DNA of 64,000 nucleotides, from contig CAZEKG010000001.1 in assembly GCA_964512625.1 (NCBI GenBank), positions 217,413 to 281,412 on the forward strand, read 5' to 3'. Below the pieces are notes generated by a model. The model was not told where the DNA came from. It did not search any database and saw only the letters and a program-made list of their open reading frames with translations. Position 1 is the first letter of the stretch. The number at the start of each line of letters is the position of its first letter. The translations under genes were made by a program, and so were the position numbers. The DNA is from an uncultured Gammaproteobacteria bacterium (GTDB taxonomy: Bacteria; Patescibacteriota; Patescibacteriia; 2-01-FULL-39-33). Positions 26,939-37,207 of the stretch are shown here, one piece after another.

Positions 26939-29110
26939 TTATTTTTTCTTATGCGGATTATGATTAGGGCAATTCTTGTCAGAGCAACGCTCCGGAATCG
27001 TCTTTGTTCCTTCCATCATTAGCTGGCCACAGATCGGGCAAAGGTTGCCGGTCGGCTTAGTCTTAATGATATTCTTACACTTCGGATAATTGCTACAGCC
27101 GTAAAAGACTCCGTAACGGCCTCTTTTTTCAATCATGGTCCCTTCTTTACATTGCGGACATTTAACGCCCGTATCGGCGGCCTTCATCCTTTCAGCTTCG
27201 GCGGCTTCGTCCTTTTTAATATATTTGCATTTCGGATAATTACTGCAAGCGATAAATTTTCCAAACTTTCCTTCGCGTTCGATCAACTTACCCGTCTTGC
27301 AATCAGGGCATTCTTCGCCGGTTTCTTTCGGCCCTTCTAAGACCTTGCCCTCGATCGTCATCGCTCCCAGGCAATCGGGATATTTTGAACAAGAATAGAA
27401 CTTGCCTCCGCGACTTAGTTTTATAATCATCTCCGAACCGCAAAGCGGGCATTTAATGTCTTTAGGCGCTTTTCCAAGATCGGAAATCTTCGCGATATCT
27501 TTCTTGCTTTTTATTTCATTTGTAAAAGGACCGTAAAAATCCTTAAGAATCTTTAAATAAGTTAAATTGCCTTTAGCAACTTCATCAAGCTCGTCTTCCA
27601 ATTCTGCCGTATAAGTATCGGAGATATAATTGCCGAAATACTCGCTTAAAAAATCACTAACGACTTCGCCAGTATCTGTCGGCTTCAAAGACTTATTTTC
27701 TTTCTCGACATAACCGCGAGCCAAGATGGTATTGATAATCGAAGCGTAAGTCGAAGGACGGCCGATGCCTCGCTTTTCAAGCTCTTTAACTAGGCCGGCT
27801 TCGCTATAACGATGGGGCGGTTCAGTTTGCTTTTCTTCATTAAAGATTTCCAAAAGCTTCAAGCCCTCCCCCTGCTTGATCTCCGGTAATTCATTCTCTT
27901 CGCCGCGAGATCGTTTATCCGCTGCCAACCAGCCTTCAAACTCGATATGCATGCCGTCAGTAATAAAAGCCGGCAAGCCTTTTGCCTCGGCGGTAATCCT
28001 CGTCTTAAGCATTTTAGCATCCGCCATTTGCGAAGCTACTGCCCGACTCCAAATAAGCTGATACAATTTATGTTCTTGAGGCGTAGCGCCGGCTTCTAAA
28101 ACCTTAAAGTGGGTCGGCCTGATGGCTTCATGGGCTTCCTGGGCATTCTTGCTTTTCGTTAAGAATTTCTGAGGCTTAGAATAATTAGCGCCGTATTTTT
28201 CAATGACCAAAGAATTGATTTCTTTGACCGCCTGCTCAGAGAGATTAGTTGAATCCGTACGCATATAAGTAATATGTCCAGCCTCGTATAACTTTTGGGC
28301 TAAGCGCATAGTAATCGACGGCGAATAGCCAAGACGCGAAGATGCGGCCTGCTGAAGAGTCGAGGTATGGAAAGGCGCTTTAGTTTTCCGCTTCACTTCA
28401 CTTTGCTCAACTGATAAAACTTGCCATTTCGCTTTCTTAGCTTCCTCGACGATTTCCGAAGCGACTGATTCTTCCTTAACTTCTTTAGCGCACTTGAATC
28501 TTAGCTTATCTTTTCTCTCCGTCTCAAAATCAGCTTCGATGACAAAATATTTTTCCGGAATAAAAGCTTTGATTTCTTTTTCCTTCTCAACAATAATGCG
28601 AAGGGCTGGCGATTGGACCCGGCCGGCGGAAAGGCCGTAACGCAATTTCTTCCAGAGCAACCCGGAAAGATCGTAGCCGAATAAGCGATCCAAGACTCGG
28701 CGCGCCTCTTGAGCCTCTTTTAGATTCTCGTCTATCTCGCGCGGATGCTTCATAGCTTCCTGAACTGCTTCTTTAGTAATTTCATGAAAAACAATCCTTT
28801 TAGGTTTTTTCAAACCGATAGCTTCTTTGATATGCCAGGCAATCGCCTCGCCTTCGCGATCAGGGTCAGTAGCCAAGATTACTTCATCAGCGCTCTTAGC
28901 CAATTTCTTCAGCTCACTAACCACTTTCTCCTTGCCCGGAGAAATCTCATAATGCGGCAAAAATCCCGCCTCAATATCAATGGCGTTCTTATTGGACTTG
29001 GGTAAGTCGCGAATATGGCCGACCGACGCCCTAACTAAATACTCATTATCGAGATATTTAGCGATAGTCTTTGATTTGGCTGGTGACTCGACAATGACTA
29101 ATTTAGACAT
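26939..29110 (-). CDS. topA: DNA topoisomerase I with C-terminal Zn-ribbon repeats
   Basis: TOPRIM (LVIVESPAKSKTI), active-site region, multiple C4 zinc fingers at the C-terminus. Confidence 0.95.
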   Translation of the reverse strand: MSKLVIVESPAKSKTIAKYLDNEYLVRASVGHIRDLPKSNKNAIDIEAGFLPHYEISPGKEKVVSELKKLAKSADEVILATDPDREGEAIAWHIKEAIGLKKPKRIVFHEITKEAVQEAMKHPREIDENLKEAQEARRVLDRLFGYDLSGLLWKKLRYGLSAGRVQSPALRIIVEKEKEIKAFIPEKYFVIEADFETERKDKLRFKCAKEVKEESVASEIVEEAKKAKWQVLSVEQSEVKRKTKAPFHTSTLQQAASSRLGYSPSITMRLAQKLYEAGHITYMRTDSTNLSEQAVKEINSLVIEKYGANYSKPQKFLTKSKNAQEAHEAIRPTHFKVLEAGATPQEHKLYQLIWSRAVASQMADAKMLKTRITAEAKGLPAFITDGMHIEFEGWLAADKRSRGEENELPEIKQGEGLKLLEIFNEEKQTEPPHRYSEAGLVKELEKRGIGRPSTYASIINTILARGYVEKENKSLKPTDTGEVVSDFLSEYFGNYISDTYTAELEDELDEVAKGNLTYLKILKDFYGPFTNEIKSKKDIAKISDLGKAPKDIKCPLCGSEMIIKLSRGGKFYSCSKYPDCLGAMTIEGKVLEGPKETGEECPDCKTGKLIEREGKFGKFIACSNYPKCKYIKKDEAAEAERMKAADTGVKCPQCKEGTMIEKRGRYGVFYGCSNYPKCKNIIKTKPTGNLCPICGQLMMEGTKTIPERCSDKNCPNHNPHKKK

Positions 29111-29121
29111 ATAATAATGAT

Positions 29122-30261
29122 TTACAATTTAATATAATTCTTGCCGCCAAGATCCCTAACATAACCTTTCATTTCTAAAAGCGACAAAGATCCCGATAAG
29201 ACACTAATCCCTAGTTTACATGATTTGGCGATTTTGTCAACATGAAGCGGTTCTTTGGAAAGTACTGCCAATATTAATGATTCCTCTAAATTTAGATTAA
29301 AATAGTCACTATCCCTTTCTTTATTAATAACTAAATTTAGCTTTAATTCTTCTATGACATCTTCCGGCTTACTAACAGTTTTCGCTCCCTGTTTAATTAA
29401 TTTTATGGTTCCTTGAGAGCCTTGGTTATAAATATTACCAGGAACAGCAAAAACTTCCCTATTCTGCTCAAGAGCGTAATAAGCGGTTATTAAAGAACCG
29501 GAAGGCTCCGGCGCTTCAATAACTAAAACGCCATAAGAAAGTCCCGAAATAATTCGATTGCGCTGCGGATAAGTAATTTTGCTCGGATTAGTCCCTAAAG
29601 GGAAATCAGAAATTAAACAGCCGCCGCTATCGATTATTTTATTAGCTAGATAGCGATTAGAAGAAGGGTAAATATTTTGCGTCTCAAGGCTTGAGCCGAG
29701 AACAGCCGCCGTCCTGCCTTCGGCTTTAAGAGCTCCCAAATGCGCTATAGCGTCTATCCCGAGAGCTAAGCCGGAAACAATGCAAAGCCCCGAAGAAGCT
29801 AAAGCGCCGGAAAAATCCTCAGCCACCTGCTTACCGTAAGGACTAAACTTTCTTGTCCCGACGATCGCCAAAGGATTGATCTTGACCGCCTCGATCTCGC
29901 CTCGATAATAAAGAAGGAAGGGTGGATTATAAATCTGCTTTAAAAGCCGAGGATATTTATTATCTGTTATTTTTAAAACCTTGATTCCCTCTTTCTCTAA
30001 CCTCTCTAATTCCCTATCCGGATTGATTTGGTTCTTGCATAAAATAATTTCTTGGATTAATTCATGATCGAAGCCAGTACATAGCCAATCATTAAAACGA
30101 CTTTCCCAAGCCGTCTTAAGATCGGGAAAGCAACTACTGATTTTACCAAACCTGGCCGGACCGATTTTCCGAACTTGAGAAAAAGCCAGCCAATATTTTA
30201 TATCATTATAATCGCTTTGAGCCTTTTCCGGCTCAAAAATATTTAAACATGTTCCCTCCAT
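29122..30261 (-). CDS. dprA: DNA processing protein A
   Basis: IVGTRKFSPYGKQVAEDFSGALASSGLCIVSGLALGIDAIAH Rossmann-like DprA core. Confidence 0.85.
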   Translation of the reverse strand: MEGTCLNIFEPEKAQSDYNDIKYWLAFSQVRKIGPARFGKISSCFPDLKTAWESRFNDWLCTGFDHELIQEIILCKNQINPDRELERLEKEGIKVLKITDNKYPRLLKQIYNPPFLLYYRGEIEAVKINPLAIVGTRKFSPYGKQVAEDFSGALASSGLCIVSGLALGIDAIAHLGALKAEGRTAAVLGSSLETQNIYPSSNRYLANKIIDSGGCLISDFPLGTNPSKITYPQRNRIISGLSYGVLVIEAPEPSGSLITAYYALEQNREVFAVPGNIYNQGSQGTIKLIKQGAKTVSKPEDVIEELKLNLVINKERDSDYFNLNLEESLILAVLSKEPLHVDKIAKSCKLGISVLSGSLSLLEMKGYVRDLGGKNYIKL

Positions 30262-30329
30262 GTAAAAAGTTAAGAAATTTAGCTGTTTTAAAGTCTATTG
30301 ACAAACGGATTATTTTTTTATACAATACA

Positions 30330-30670
30330 TCATCAGAAGCATGATCTTTATAAGGCTGTTTGTTAGTCGGCAGGAGTTGTTTCCCTCCTAATAACTCCAG
30401 CTTTAAAATGATTTAGGCCTTTTGGCGTAAATCATGCTAACAGGCAGCCTTATACGGATCATTCTAATGAAATAGCAGGATGCGCCCCTTGAAGTCCGCT
30501 TCATAGGGCTTAAGCCCCTTTTACGGGTTAGAGGGTCCAAATCCCTCCACCCTGACCATTCAAACTTGCTTTGGGAGCGGCCGTGTTCGTTATCATGCAG
30601 CGGCAACGGATTGCTTGACTCGAGAACTTCTCCTTCGCCGAGTTGAGATAGGCCGCTCCCCCGCGTTCTT
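30330..30670 (+). ncRNA. rnpB: putative structured RNA; candidate RNase P RNA (boundaries uncertain)
   Basis: A ~400-bp gene-free gap in a compact region. The + strand contains GAAGUCCGCUUCAUAGGGC, close to the universal P4/CR-I element GAAAGUCCGGGCUCCAUAGGGC. Other conserved regions were not convincingly found by eye. Confidence 0.3.
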
Positions 30671-30673
30671 TAA

Positions 30674-31237
30674 TTAATTGAAGGCATTCATTGCCTTCGA
30701 GAAATCAACCAAAGCCATTTCCAAGCCGGGGATGGCTTTATTTATTTGTTCTAATAATAAATCAGCTTCAGCCTTAGCCGGCTTTTCCAAAACATAATCG
30801 GGCGCCGGGACTGTTGCCAGCCTCTCAGTCTTAACGCCGATCTTAAGGCGCTTAAAATCCTTAGTTCCTAATTCTTCAATGATTGATTTTATGCCGTTAT
30901 GGCCGCCGGAAGAAGAATTGCTAGAAAATCTTAAAGTACCCAATAATAAATCAATATCGTCATGAACAATAATAATATCTTCAACCTTAATTTTATAATA
31001 CTGAGCAACACTTTTAACGGATGAACCGGAAAGATTCATAAAAGTACTCGGCTTAAGCAACAAGATTCTTTCACTTTTAATCCTACCCTCGCTGATTTCG
31101 CCGTTGAATTTATTCTCAGCCTTAAAAACCGGAAAACCGAAATCCTGCCGAAATTTTTCGACAGCCATAAACCCGGCATTGTGCCAGGTTTTTTCATACT
31201 TTTTTCCGGGATTGCCGAGACCGACAATTAATTTCAT
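30674..31237 (-). CDS. pth: peptidyl-tRNA hydrolase
   Basis: MKLIVGLGNPGKKYEKTWHNAGF. Confidence 0.9.
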   Translation of the reverse strand: MKLIVGLGNPGKKYEKTWHNAGFMAVEKFRQDFGFPVFKAENKFNGEISEGRIKSERILLLKPSTFMNLSGSSVKSVAQYYKIKVEDIIIVHDDIDLLLGTLRFSSNSSSGGHNGIKSIIEELGTKDFKRLKIGVKTERLATVPAPDYVLEKPAKAEADLLLEQINKAIPGLEMALVDFSKAMNAFN

Positions 31238-31243
31238 AGCTGA

Positions 31244-32122
31244 TCAGCTAATAATTATCCTTCTAATCAGCTCGTCCATTTCCTCATCAGAATAGAAACT
31301 GATTAAGATTTGGCCAGCATGACCCTTCTTCTTAACCTCAACTTTAGTTCCAAGCGCCGATTGCATCTCTTCTTCTCTCGCTCTTATCTCCGGATTAAAA
31401 GAAGTTTTGCGAAGCTTCTTATTTGAAGTTACTTTCTTGCCCTCGATTTCTGTATCGTGAACACTAAGATTGGTCGAGGAAATTTTCTTTAAAAGCTCAA
31501 GCTGTTCTTTCTCCGGCAACCCGGCTAAGACACGGGCGTGGCTTTCTGTTATTTCCGATTTCTTTAAAGCTTCGATAACCTCCTCGCTTAAAGTCAATAA
31601 TCTTAAGTTATTGGCCACAGCCGAACGGCTCTTGCCGACTCGCTTCGCTAATTGGTCCTGAGTCAAGTTGAACTCATCAACCAGCTTCTGATAAGCTAAA
31701 GCGACTTCGTAAGGATTAAGATTAGCGCGCTGAAGATTCTCGATAAGCGCTACTTCCATTTTTTTCTGTTCGCTGAATTCGCGGACGATGGCCGGAACTG
31801 TCTTTAGGCCGAGCAACTTGGCGCTGCGCCATCTTCGTTCTCCAGCAATCAACTGCCAATCATCGCCGTGCTCAGTAACAATCAGCGGCTGAATAATGCC
31901 ATGTTCCCTAATTGACTCGATAAGATCTTTTAAATTTTCCGTATCAAAATGAGTCCTCGGCTGATGAGGGTTCGGCGTTATTCTTTCAACATCAATAGCT
32001 GTTACCTGTTCTTTTTTATCAAGCAGTTCCTCAACGATTACATTGGCCGAAGCCATAATTGTCGGGCGCTTTTGAGGAATCAGCGATCCCAGTCCTCGGC
32101 CTAAGCCGGTATTTTTTTGCAT
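31244..32122 (-). CDS. parB: chromosome partitioning protein ParB/Spo0J
   Basis: GLGRGLGSLIP N-terminal box. HTH region. Confidence 0.9.
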   Translation of the reverse strand: MQKNTGLGRGLGSLIPQKRPTIMASANVIVEELLDKKEQVTAIDVERITPNPHQPRTHFDTENLKDLIESIREHGIIQPLIVTEHGDDWQLIAGERRWRSAKLLGLKTVPAIVREFSEQKKMEVALIENLQRANLNPYEVALAYQKLVDEFNLTQDQLAKRVGKSRSAVANNLRLLTLSEEVIEALKKSEITESHARVLAGLPEKEQLELLKKISSTNLSVHDTEIEGKKVTSNKKLRKTSFNPEIRAREEEMQSALGTKVEVKKKGHAGQILISFYSDEEMDELIRRIIIS

Positions 32123-32136
32123 ATCTGAAAATATAA

Positions 32137-32904
32137 TTAATCTGATGTTTGATATAAAACTTCTCGCGCCAGTTTCTCATACGCCCTGGCGCCTTTCGAC
32201 TTCGGATCGTATTCAAGAATCGTTTTGCCGTAACTCGGAGCTTCAGAAAGCCTAACACTGCGAGGAATAACCGAACGGAAAATCTTATTAGGGAAATATT
32301 GATACAACTCACGAAGAACATCATTAGCCAAGCGGAAACGGCTGTCATACATCGTTAAAACCGCGCCCAAGACATCGAGCTCCGGCTTGATATTTTCTTT
32401 TATCAAATCGATCGTACCCATTAACTGACCCAATCCCTCAAGCGCGAAATATTCCGCCTGAACCGGAATTAAAACTTGATCGGAGCCGACTAAGCCGTTA
32501 ATCGTTAAAAGGCCGAGAGACGGCGGGCAATCAATAATAATATAATCAAACTCATCTTTTATTTCCGCGATATTGTCATAAAGCCGGAATTCACGGCGAT
32601 CAAGGTTAACCAGCTCAACGTTAGCGCCAGCTAAAGACATCGTCGAAGGAGCCAGCTTATAAAAAGAATGCGCCGTATCGACAATTACTTCCTTAAAAGT
32701 CGTCGGACTGATTAAGACTTCATAAACTCCCATATCCAGCTTATCGCGCGTATAACCCAAGCCAGAAGTAGCATTGCTTTGAGGATCAAGATCTATAAGA
32801 AGAACCGACTTATCTAATCGGCTTAGATAAGCGGCTAAATTGACCGAGGTCGTCGTTTTGCCGACGCCCCCTTTTTGATTGACAATTGATATTACTCTTC
32901 CCAT
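32137..32904 (-). CDS. parA: chromosome partitioning ATPase ParA/Soj
   Basis: Deviant Walker A VNQKGGVGKTTTSVNLAAYL. Likely start at the Met at 32904. Confidence 0.9.
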   Translation of the reverse strand: MGRVISIVNQKGGVGKTTTSVNLAAYLSRLDKSVLLIDLDPQSNATSGLGYTRDKLDMGVYEVLISPTTFKEVIVDTAHSFYKLAPSTMSLAGANVELVNLDRREFRLYDNIAEIKDEFDYIIIDCPPSLGLLTINGLVGSDQVLIPVQAEYFALEGLGQLMGTIDLIKENIKPELDVLGAVLTMYDSRFRLANDVLRELYQYFPNKIFRSVIPRSVRLSEAPSYGKTILEYDPKSKGARAYEKLAREVLYQTSD

Positions 32905-32998
32905 ATGAAATGAATTATAGCACAACAAAAGGAGTAATTAAAGACATAAAAAATAAGGAAATTAAAGCAAAAAATAAAAAGAAGGTTTAAGACCTTCT

Positions 32999-33268
32999 TT
33001 AGTCGCGATCAAGAAAGATTCCCTTCTTTCTAGCATTCAGTAGGATCTCTTCAAGGTATATGAAGCGACGAATACTTTCCGAAGCTTCCTCAAGCTCCTC
33101 AACCTTCTTATTGTATCCATCTACGTCCTGCTTTCGACGATACGTATTGCCATTACAGACAATCGACATGAGTTGTTGTTGCATGGTGCCTATTTCATGG
33201 ATATTAGCTCCCGTAGCAACCCGCCTAAGGCGATAGGTCAAGGATGGATCAATCTTTAATTTAGGCAA
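32999..33268 (-). CDS. hypothetical 89-aa protein
   Basis: ORF only; no recognised motif. Confidence 0.3.
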   Translation of the reverse strand: MPKLKIDPSLTYRLRRVATGANIHEIGTMQQQLMSIVCNGNTYRRKQDVDGYNKKVEELEEASESIRRFIYLEEILLNARKKGIFLDRD

Positions 33269-33495
33269 CCCTATTCTTCTCTCTATATCAAGTACCTATT
33301 CCGTCGTCGTCTTCATAAACAGGCTTATTGAATTCCGGAGGCAAGTCGTCTTCCTCGCAAAACTCATCAAGCCGCATATCAGGAGGAGCGAAAATACTAG
33401 CCAAAAAAGAAAAACCAAATAAAGAGCCAGTAAGAAAGAACAAACCAAGTATTCCATACCCGCACCCCCATATATTGTGAAGTTTTCAGAACAAG

Positions 33496-33577
33496 TGCCC
33501 GAGGTGAGACTCGAACTCACACACCTTGCGGTACACGATTTTGAGTCGTGCGCGTCTACCAATTCCACCACTCGGGC
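33496..33577 (-). tRNA. tRNA-Leu (anticodon CAA), long variable arm
   Basis: Acceptor GCCCGAG/CTCGGGC, anticodon loop CTCAAAA, long extra arm, T-arm GTGAG-TTCGAGT-CTCAC. Confidence 0.75.
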
Positions 33578-33597
33578 AATTTTAAATTAACAACGAT

Positions 33598-33672
<75 letters not shown>

Positions 33673-33699
33673 GTAAAATAGTTTAAAAAGTCAAAAGTC

Positions 33700-33775
33700 C
33701 ATAAGGTCGAAAGTTAAAAGAAAATGCGGAAACTTAGATTCTTTATGGACTTTTAACTTTATGGACTTTTGACTT
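33700..33775. repeat. 16-bp perfect inverted repeat (agtcaaaagtccataa / ttatggacttttgact) plus a local direct repeat of tggactttt between two tRNA genes
   Basis: Read directly from the sequence. Confidence 0.7.
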
Positions 33776-33781
33776 GTTTTG

Positions 33782-33854
33782 TTGCGGGGACAGGACTCGA
33801 ACCTGTGACCTTCGGGTTATGGGCCCGACGAGCTGCCAACTGCTCTACCCCGCG
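33782..33854 (-). tRNA. initiator tRNA-fMet (anticodon CAT)
   Basis: C1xA72 mismatch, three consecutive G-C pairs in the anticodon stem (TCGGG-CCCATAA-CCCGA), T-arm ACAGG-TTCGAGT-CCTGT. Confidence 0.75.
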
Positions 33855-33988
33855 ATAATCGCCAAAGGTCTTAGGCATAACAATAATAACAAAATTACAT
33901 CTTTTTGGCAAGGGCCTTAATCCTAACAACGGAGGATAACCGATAGACGAGTGATTTTCTTTTTGTTATAATTACGTTTGTTAAGATA

Positions 33989-34492
33989 ATGAAACATATG
34001 TTTATAACTGTTCACGCGGCCGCAGCCACAATTATCGGTAAAGAAATTGCAAACCCCATAATCGCCTTTATAGCCGGTTTCGGGCTTCATTTCATTCTTG
34101 ATATGATTCCTCATGGTGATATGAAAATGGGGCGGAAATTCTTTGGTGTAGAGTTCAAAACCTTCAGACAAGAAGAGAACTTCAAGGCCATGGCCCTTTA
34201 CGGTACGATTGACGGAATCATTATGGCCGGCTATTTGATTTTTCTTTTTAGGACTTTCGATTTTGCCAATACAGATGGCGTAACCGCTGCGATTATCGGC
34301 GGCATTCTTCCTGATATTATCGTTGCCCTATATAAGCTTGGGAACTTTAAATTCCTTCGCTGGTTCGATCGCCTTCATCATAAAATCCATTATTCCCTAA
34401 CTAGCCGACTTAAGGACGATATTCCTTTGTCCGCTGGAATAATTATGCAAGTCGCCTTCATGGCTTTTCTTATTTGGATTCTTTATACCTAA
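33989..34492 (+). CDS. small polytopic membrane protein (possible membrane-bound metal-dependent hydrolase, YdjM/DUF457-like)
   Basis: Four or five hydrophobic helices; HGD and HH motifs. Weak family assignment. Confidence 0.4.
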   Translation: MKHMFITVHAAAATIIGKEIANPIIAFIAGFGLHFILDMIPHGDMKMGRKFFGVEFKTFRQEENFKAMALYGTIDGIIMAGYLIFLFRTFDFANTDGVTAAIIGGILPDIIVALYKLGNFKFLRWFDRLHHKIHYSLTSRLKDDIPLSAGIIMQVAFMAFLIWILYT

Positions 34493-34512
34493 AAATCCTT
34501 CTACTATTTAAT

Positions 34513-34546
34513 TCTGCAGATACAACCGTATCTGCATTTTATTTTT
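34513..34546 (+). terminator. rho-independent terminator
   Basis: tgcagata-caaccg-tatctgca followed by a T-run. Confidence 0.65.
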
Positions 34547-34577
34547 ATTCTTTTTTGTATTTGTATTTGCGAGCCTT

Positions 34578-34611
34578 AAAAAATAAAAAACTCCGATAAG
34601 GAGTTTTTTTA
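34578..34611. terminator. bidirectional rho-independent terminator
   Basis: A-run, then ctccgataaggag, then T-run. Confidence 0.65.
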
Positions 34612-34629
34612 TATAAGTATAAGAATAGA

Positions 34630-35919
34630 TTATTTCTTTTTTTCCAACACAACATCTTTATAAATCTCTAAAGTCTTCATCGCGCAATCTTTCCAGGAAA
34701 AATCCTTTGACCTATTAATCGCTTCAATACCAAGACTTTCACTTAATCCTTGATCAGTAATAATCTGACTAAGCGCTTCCGCGATTTCTGAATCCTTCTC
34801 CGGATCGACGAGCAATCCCGCTTTCTTAGTCACTACCTCCGAGAGAGAACTATTATCAGAAGTAATAACCGGAACCCCCATACTCATTGCTTCTAAAACA
34901 GGAAGTCCGAAACCTTCATATAAACTCGGAAAAACAAAAGCCTTGGCATTACATATTAAAGCGGTTTTTTCTTCATCACTAATATAGCTAATATATTTGA
35001 CCGGCAAACCCTTCCTTCTTTCACGATTTGATCTTCTTTCTCCTACTTTTTGAACCTCCTTTTCATCCCTTAAATCAAAGCCACTTCTTCTTTCTATGCC
35101 GCCTCTTTTTTTACTGTCACCAAGTAAACTGGCATTAGTATCGGAGATAGAATCAAAAACAGCTTGATCGGACCAACCCCGACTACCGGCAATAATCAAC
35201 TGATAATCTTTAGCTGGAGAATCATAGGCCAGCCTTAAATTCCTAAAGGCATTAATGAGATTGACTAAGTTTTTCCTTGGCTCAATAGTTCCAATAAATA
35301 GAAAATACTTATCTTCGATGCCGAATTTTTCCTTGATCTTCTCAAAGCTTATTGCAGACAAGCAGGACTTATCATTGACAGTAATCCCCTCATAAACAAC
35401 TTCGATCCGCTCTTCGGGTACGCCGAATTCTTCAATAATATCGGACTTAGTATTTTTAGAAACCGCAATAATTCGATCGGCCTTAGTTACGGTTTTAGGC
35501 ACTAAAGTCTTTATCGCAAAAGATTGGCGATTAACATTGGGAAAAAGATTCGGGTATTTATAAATGGCCAAATCATGAATCGTAACCACCGAAGTCTTAC
35601 TATAAAGAAGAGGTAAAATGTTAGCTGGAGAATGGAAAACATCTAAGTTCTCTTTATCTAAAATAGCACTGATTAGTATATGAGAATAAGCCAAAGGCAG
35701 GTATTTTTTATACTGATAAAAAGGAAAAGTAACCATCTTAACATTCTTTTGCTTGAAAAGATCGAACTTCGTAAAGCGATTATCGAAAAACAAAACATAA
35801 AGATTGTCCTTATCTATCTCTAGTAAGTTTTTCACAAGATAATAAGTATAGTATCCTACTCCGGCTCTTTCTCCGGTCTTAGGATTTAAAATCGTGCGAC
35901 AATCTATTCCGATACGCAT
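34630..35919 (-). CDS. glycosyltransferase family 4 (GT-B, group 1)
   Basis: C-terminal ...FVFPSLYEGFGLPVLEAMSMGVPVITSD... An unusual basic ~45-aa insert (KKRGGIERRSGFDLRDEKEVQKVGERRSNRERRKG). Confidence 0.8.
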   Translation of the reverse strand: MRIGIDCRTILNPKTGERAGVGYYTYYLVKNLLEIDKDNLYVLFFDNRFTKFDLFKQKNVKMVTFPFYQYKKYLPLAYSHILISAILDKENLDVFHSPANILPLLYSKTSVVTIHDLAIYKYPNLFPNVNRQSFAIKTLVPKTVTKADRIIAVSKNTKSDIIEEFGVPEERIEVVYEGITVNDKSCLSAISFEKIKEKFGIEDKYFLFIGTIEPRKNLVNLINAFRNLRLAYDSPAKDYQLIIAGSRGWSDQAVFDSISDTNASLLGDSKKRGGIERRSGFDLRDEKEVQKVGERRSNRERRKGLPVKYISYISDEEKTALICNAKAFVFPSLYEGFGLPVLEAMSMGVPVITSDNSSLSEVVTKKAGLLVDPEKDSEIAEALSQIITDQGLSESLGIEAINRSKDFSWKDCAMKTLEIYKDVVLEKKK

Positions 35920-35929
35920 ATATTTGCGA

Positions 35930-37189
35930 TTAAGAATTTAATATATTTTTGAATTTCGATTCGTCTTTAAAAGGCCCAATAACCGCCAAGCTTAACTTAT
36001 TAAAATTAATAACTTCTTCGGCGATTTTTTTTACTTCCTCAAGTGTAACTTTATTGAATTTTTCAAGCTTCTCTTCCGGCGTCATCAATTCATCCAAGAA
36101 TAACTCTTGCTGAACAAACCATTGTGAAAGATGGAGTGAATCCTCAAGGTCAATAGCCATCCGGCCCGAGAGAGAATCCTTCGCCCGACTTAATTCCTCT
36201 TCGGTAACGCCCTCTTTAATCTTCTTTAACTCTTCAATAATTATCTCGATAGCTTCTTCTATCCTATTCTTATCCAAACCTGATTGGATGACTAAGCCGC
36301 CAGTATCATCAAAAATATTTACCCAAGAACGAATGAAATAAGCAAGTCCATGTTTTTCTCTAACCTGAAGAAAAAGTCGAGAACTCATATTTCCGCCAAG
36401 AATTGCTGAAAGTATTTGAAGAGGATAAATCCGTTCATCTCCATAAGAGAATGCCGGAAAACCCATAGCCAATTGAACCTGTTCAGTTTCTTTATACATT
36501 AATTTTATTCTAGGTTCTTTTTGATCAATAGCTATTCTTTCAAACTTATTCTTATTTTCTGAACCAAGAAAAGAGAATTTTTCTTCTATTTCCTTCAAGT
36601 GCCCTTCACCAAAACGTCCACCCAAGCCAATAACTACATTCACGCCACGATAATTATTATCGCGATAACTTATCAGATCATCGGCACTAATTCCCTTAAC
36701 TGATTCACGAGTGCCGGCAATAGAACGACCAAGAGGATTGTCTTGGAACATTATCTGCTCAAGGATATCCTCAACCAACATCATTGGATTATCTTCATAC
36801 ATATTTATCTCCTCAATAATAACCCGCTTCTCTCTTTCTACTTCTTCCGGATCAAATTTTGAATGCAGCAGCATGTCTGAAAGCACATCAATCGCCAAAG
36901 AAAGATGTTTGCCATCAGACTTTACATAATAACCAGTATAATCCTTACCAGTAAAAGCATTATATTCAGCGCCAATCCTATCTAATTCTTTAGATAAATC
37001 AAGAGTCTTTGGCCTTCTCTTCGTTCCTTTAAACATCATATGCTCGACAAAATGAGAAATGCCAGCCATTCTTTCTTCCTCAAAACGGGAGCCAACTTTA
37101 AAAAGGACCAAAAGGCTAGCCGTTTTTGTTTCATGGAGCGGCAAGGTAATCAGTCGTACTTGATTTTTAAAAACTTTTTTATTATACAT
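35930..37189 (-). CDS. M16-family zinc peptidase (insulinase-like)
   Basis: Inverted zinc motif HFVEHMMFKGT (HxxEH). Confidence 0.85.
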   Translation of the reverse strand: MYNKKVFKNQVRLITLPLHETKTASLLVLFKVGSRFEEERMAGISHFVEHMMFKGTKRRPKTLDLSKELDRIGAEYNAFTGKDYTGYYVKSDGKHLSLAIDVLSDMLLHSKFDPEEVEREKRVIIEEINMYEDNPMMLVEDILEQIMFQDNPLGRSIAGTRESVKGISADDLISYRDNNYRGVNVVIGLGGRFGEGHLKEIEEKFSFLGSENKNKFERIAIDQKEPRIKLMYKETEQVQLAMGFPAFSYGDERIYPLQILSAILGGNMSSRLFLQVREKHGLAYFIRSWVNIFDDTGGLVIQSGLDKNRIEEAIEIIIEELKKIKEGVTEEELSRAKDSLSGRMAIDLEDSLHLSQWFVQQELFLDELMTPEEKLEKFNKVTLEEVKKIAEEVINFNKLSLAVIGPFKDESKFKNILNS

Positions 37190-37207
37190 GTTGTTAAAAT
37201 AAAATGA

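Noticed and set aside
30527-30558. tRNA-like 3' end (GAGGG-TCCAAAT-CCCTC-CACCCTG-ACCA) suggesting a tRNA or tmRNA on the + strand
   Set aside because: No complementary 5' acceptor strand (CAGGGTG) within 400 nt upstream. The T-loop is non-canonical (C at position 55). The smpB-linked tmRNA is at 55680-56068.
30403-30606. 67-aa minus-strand ORF between dprA and pth
   Set aside because: Arg/Ser-rich low-complexity translation. The region more plausibly encodes a structured RNA (see the rnpB candidate).
32031-32348. 105-aa minus-strand ORF spanning the parA/parB junction
   Set aside because: Out-of-frame overlap with the parB N-terminus and parA C-terminus.
33296-33571. 91-aa minus-strand ORF
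   Set aside because: Its N-terminal third is the tRNA-Leu gene read as protein. At most a ~50-aa hydrophobic peptide starting at an internal Met (~33457) could be real; unsupported.
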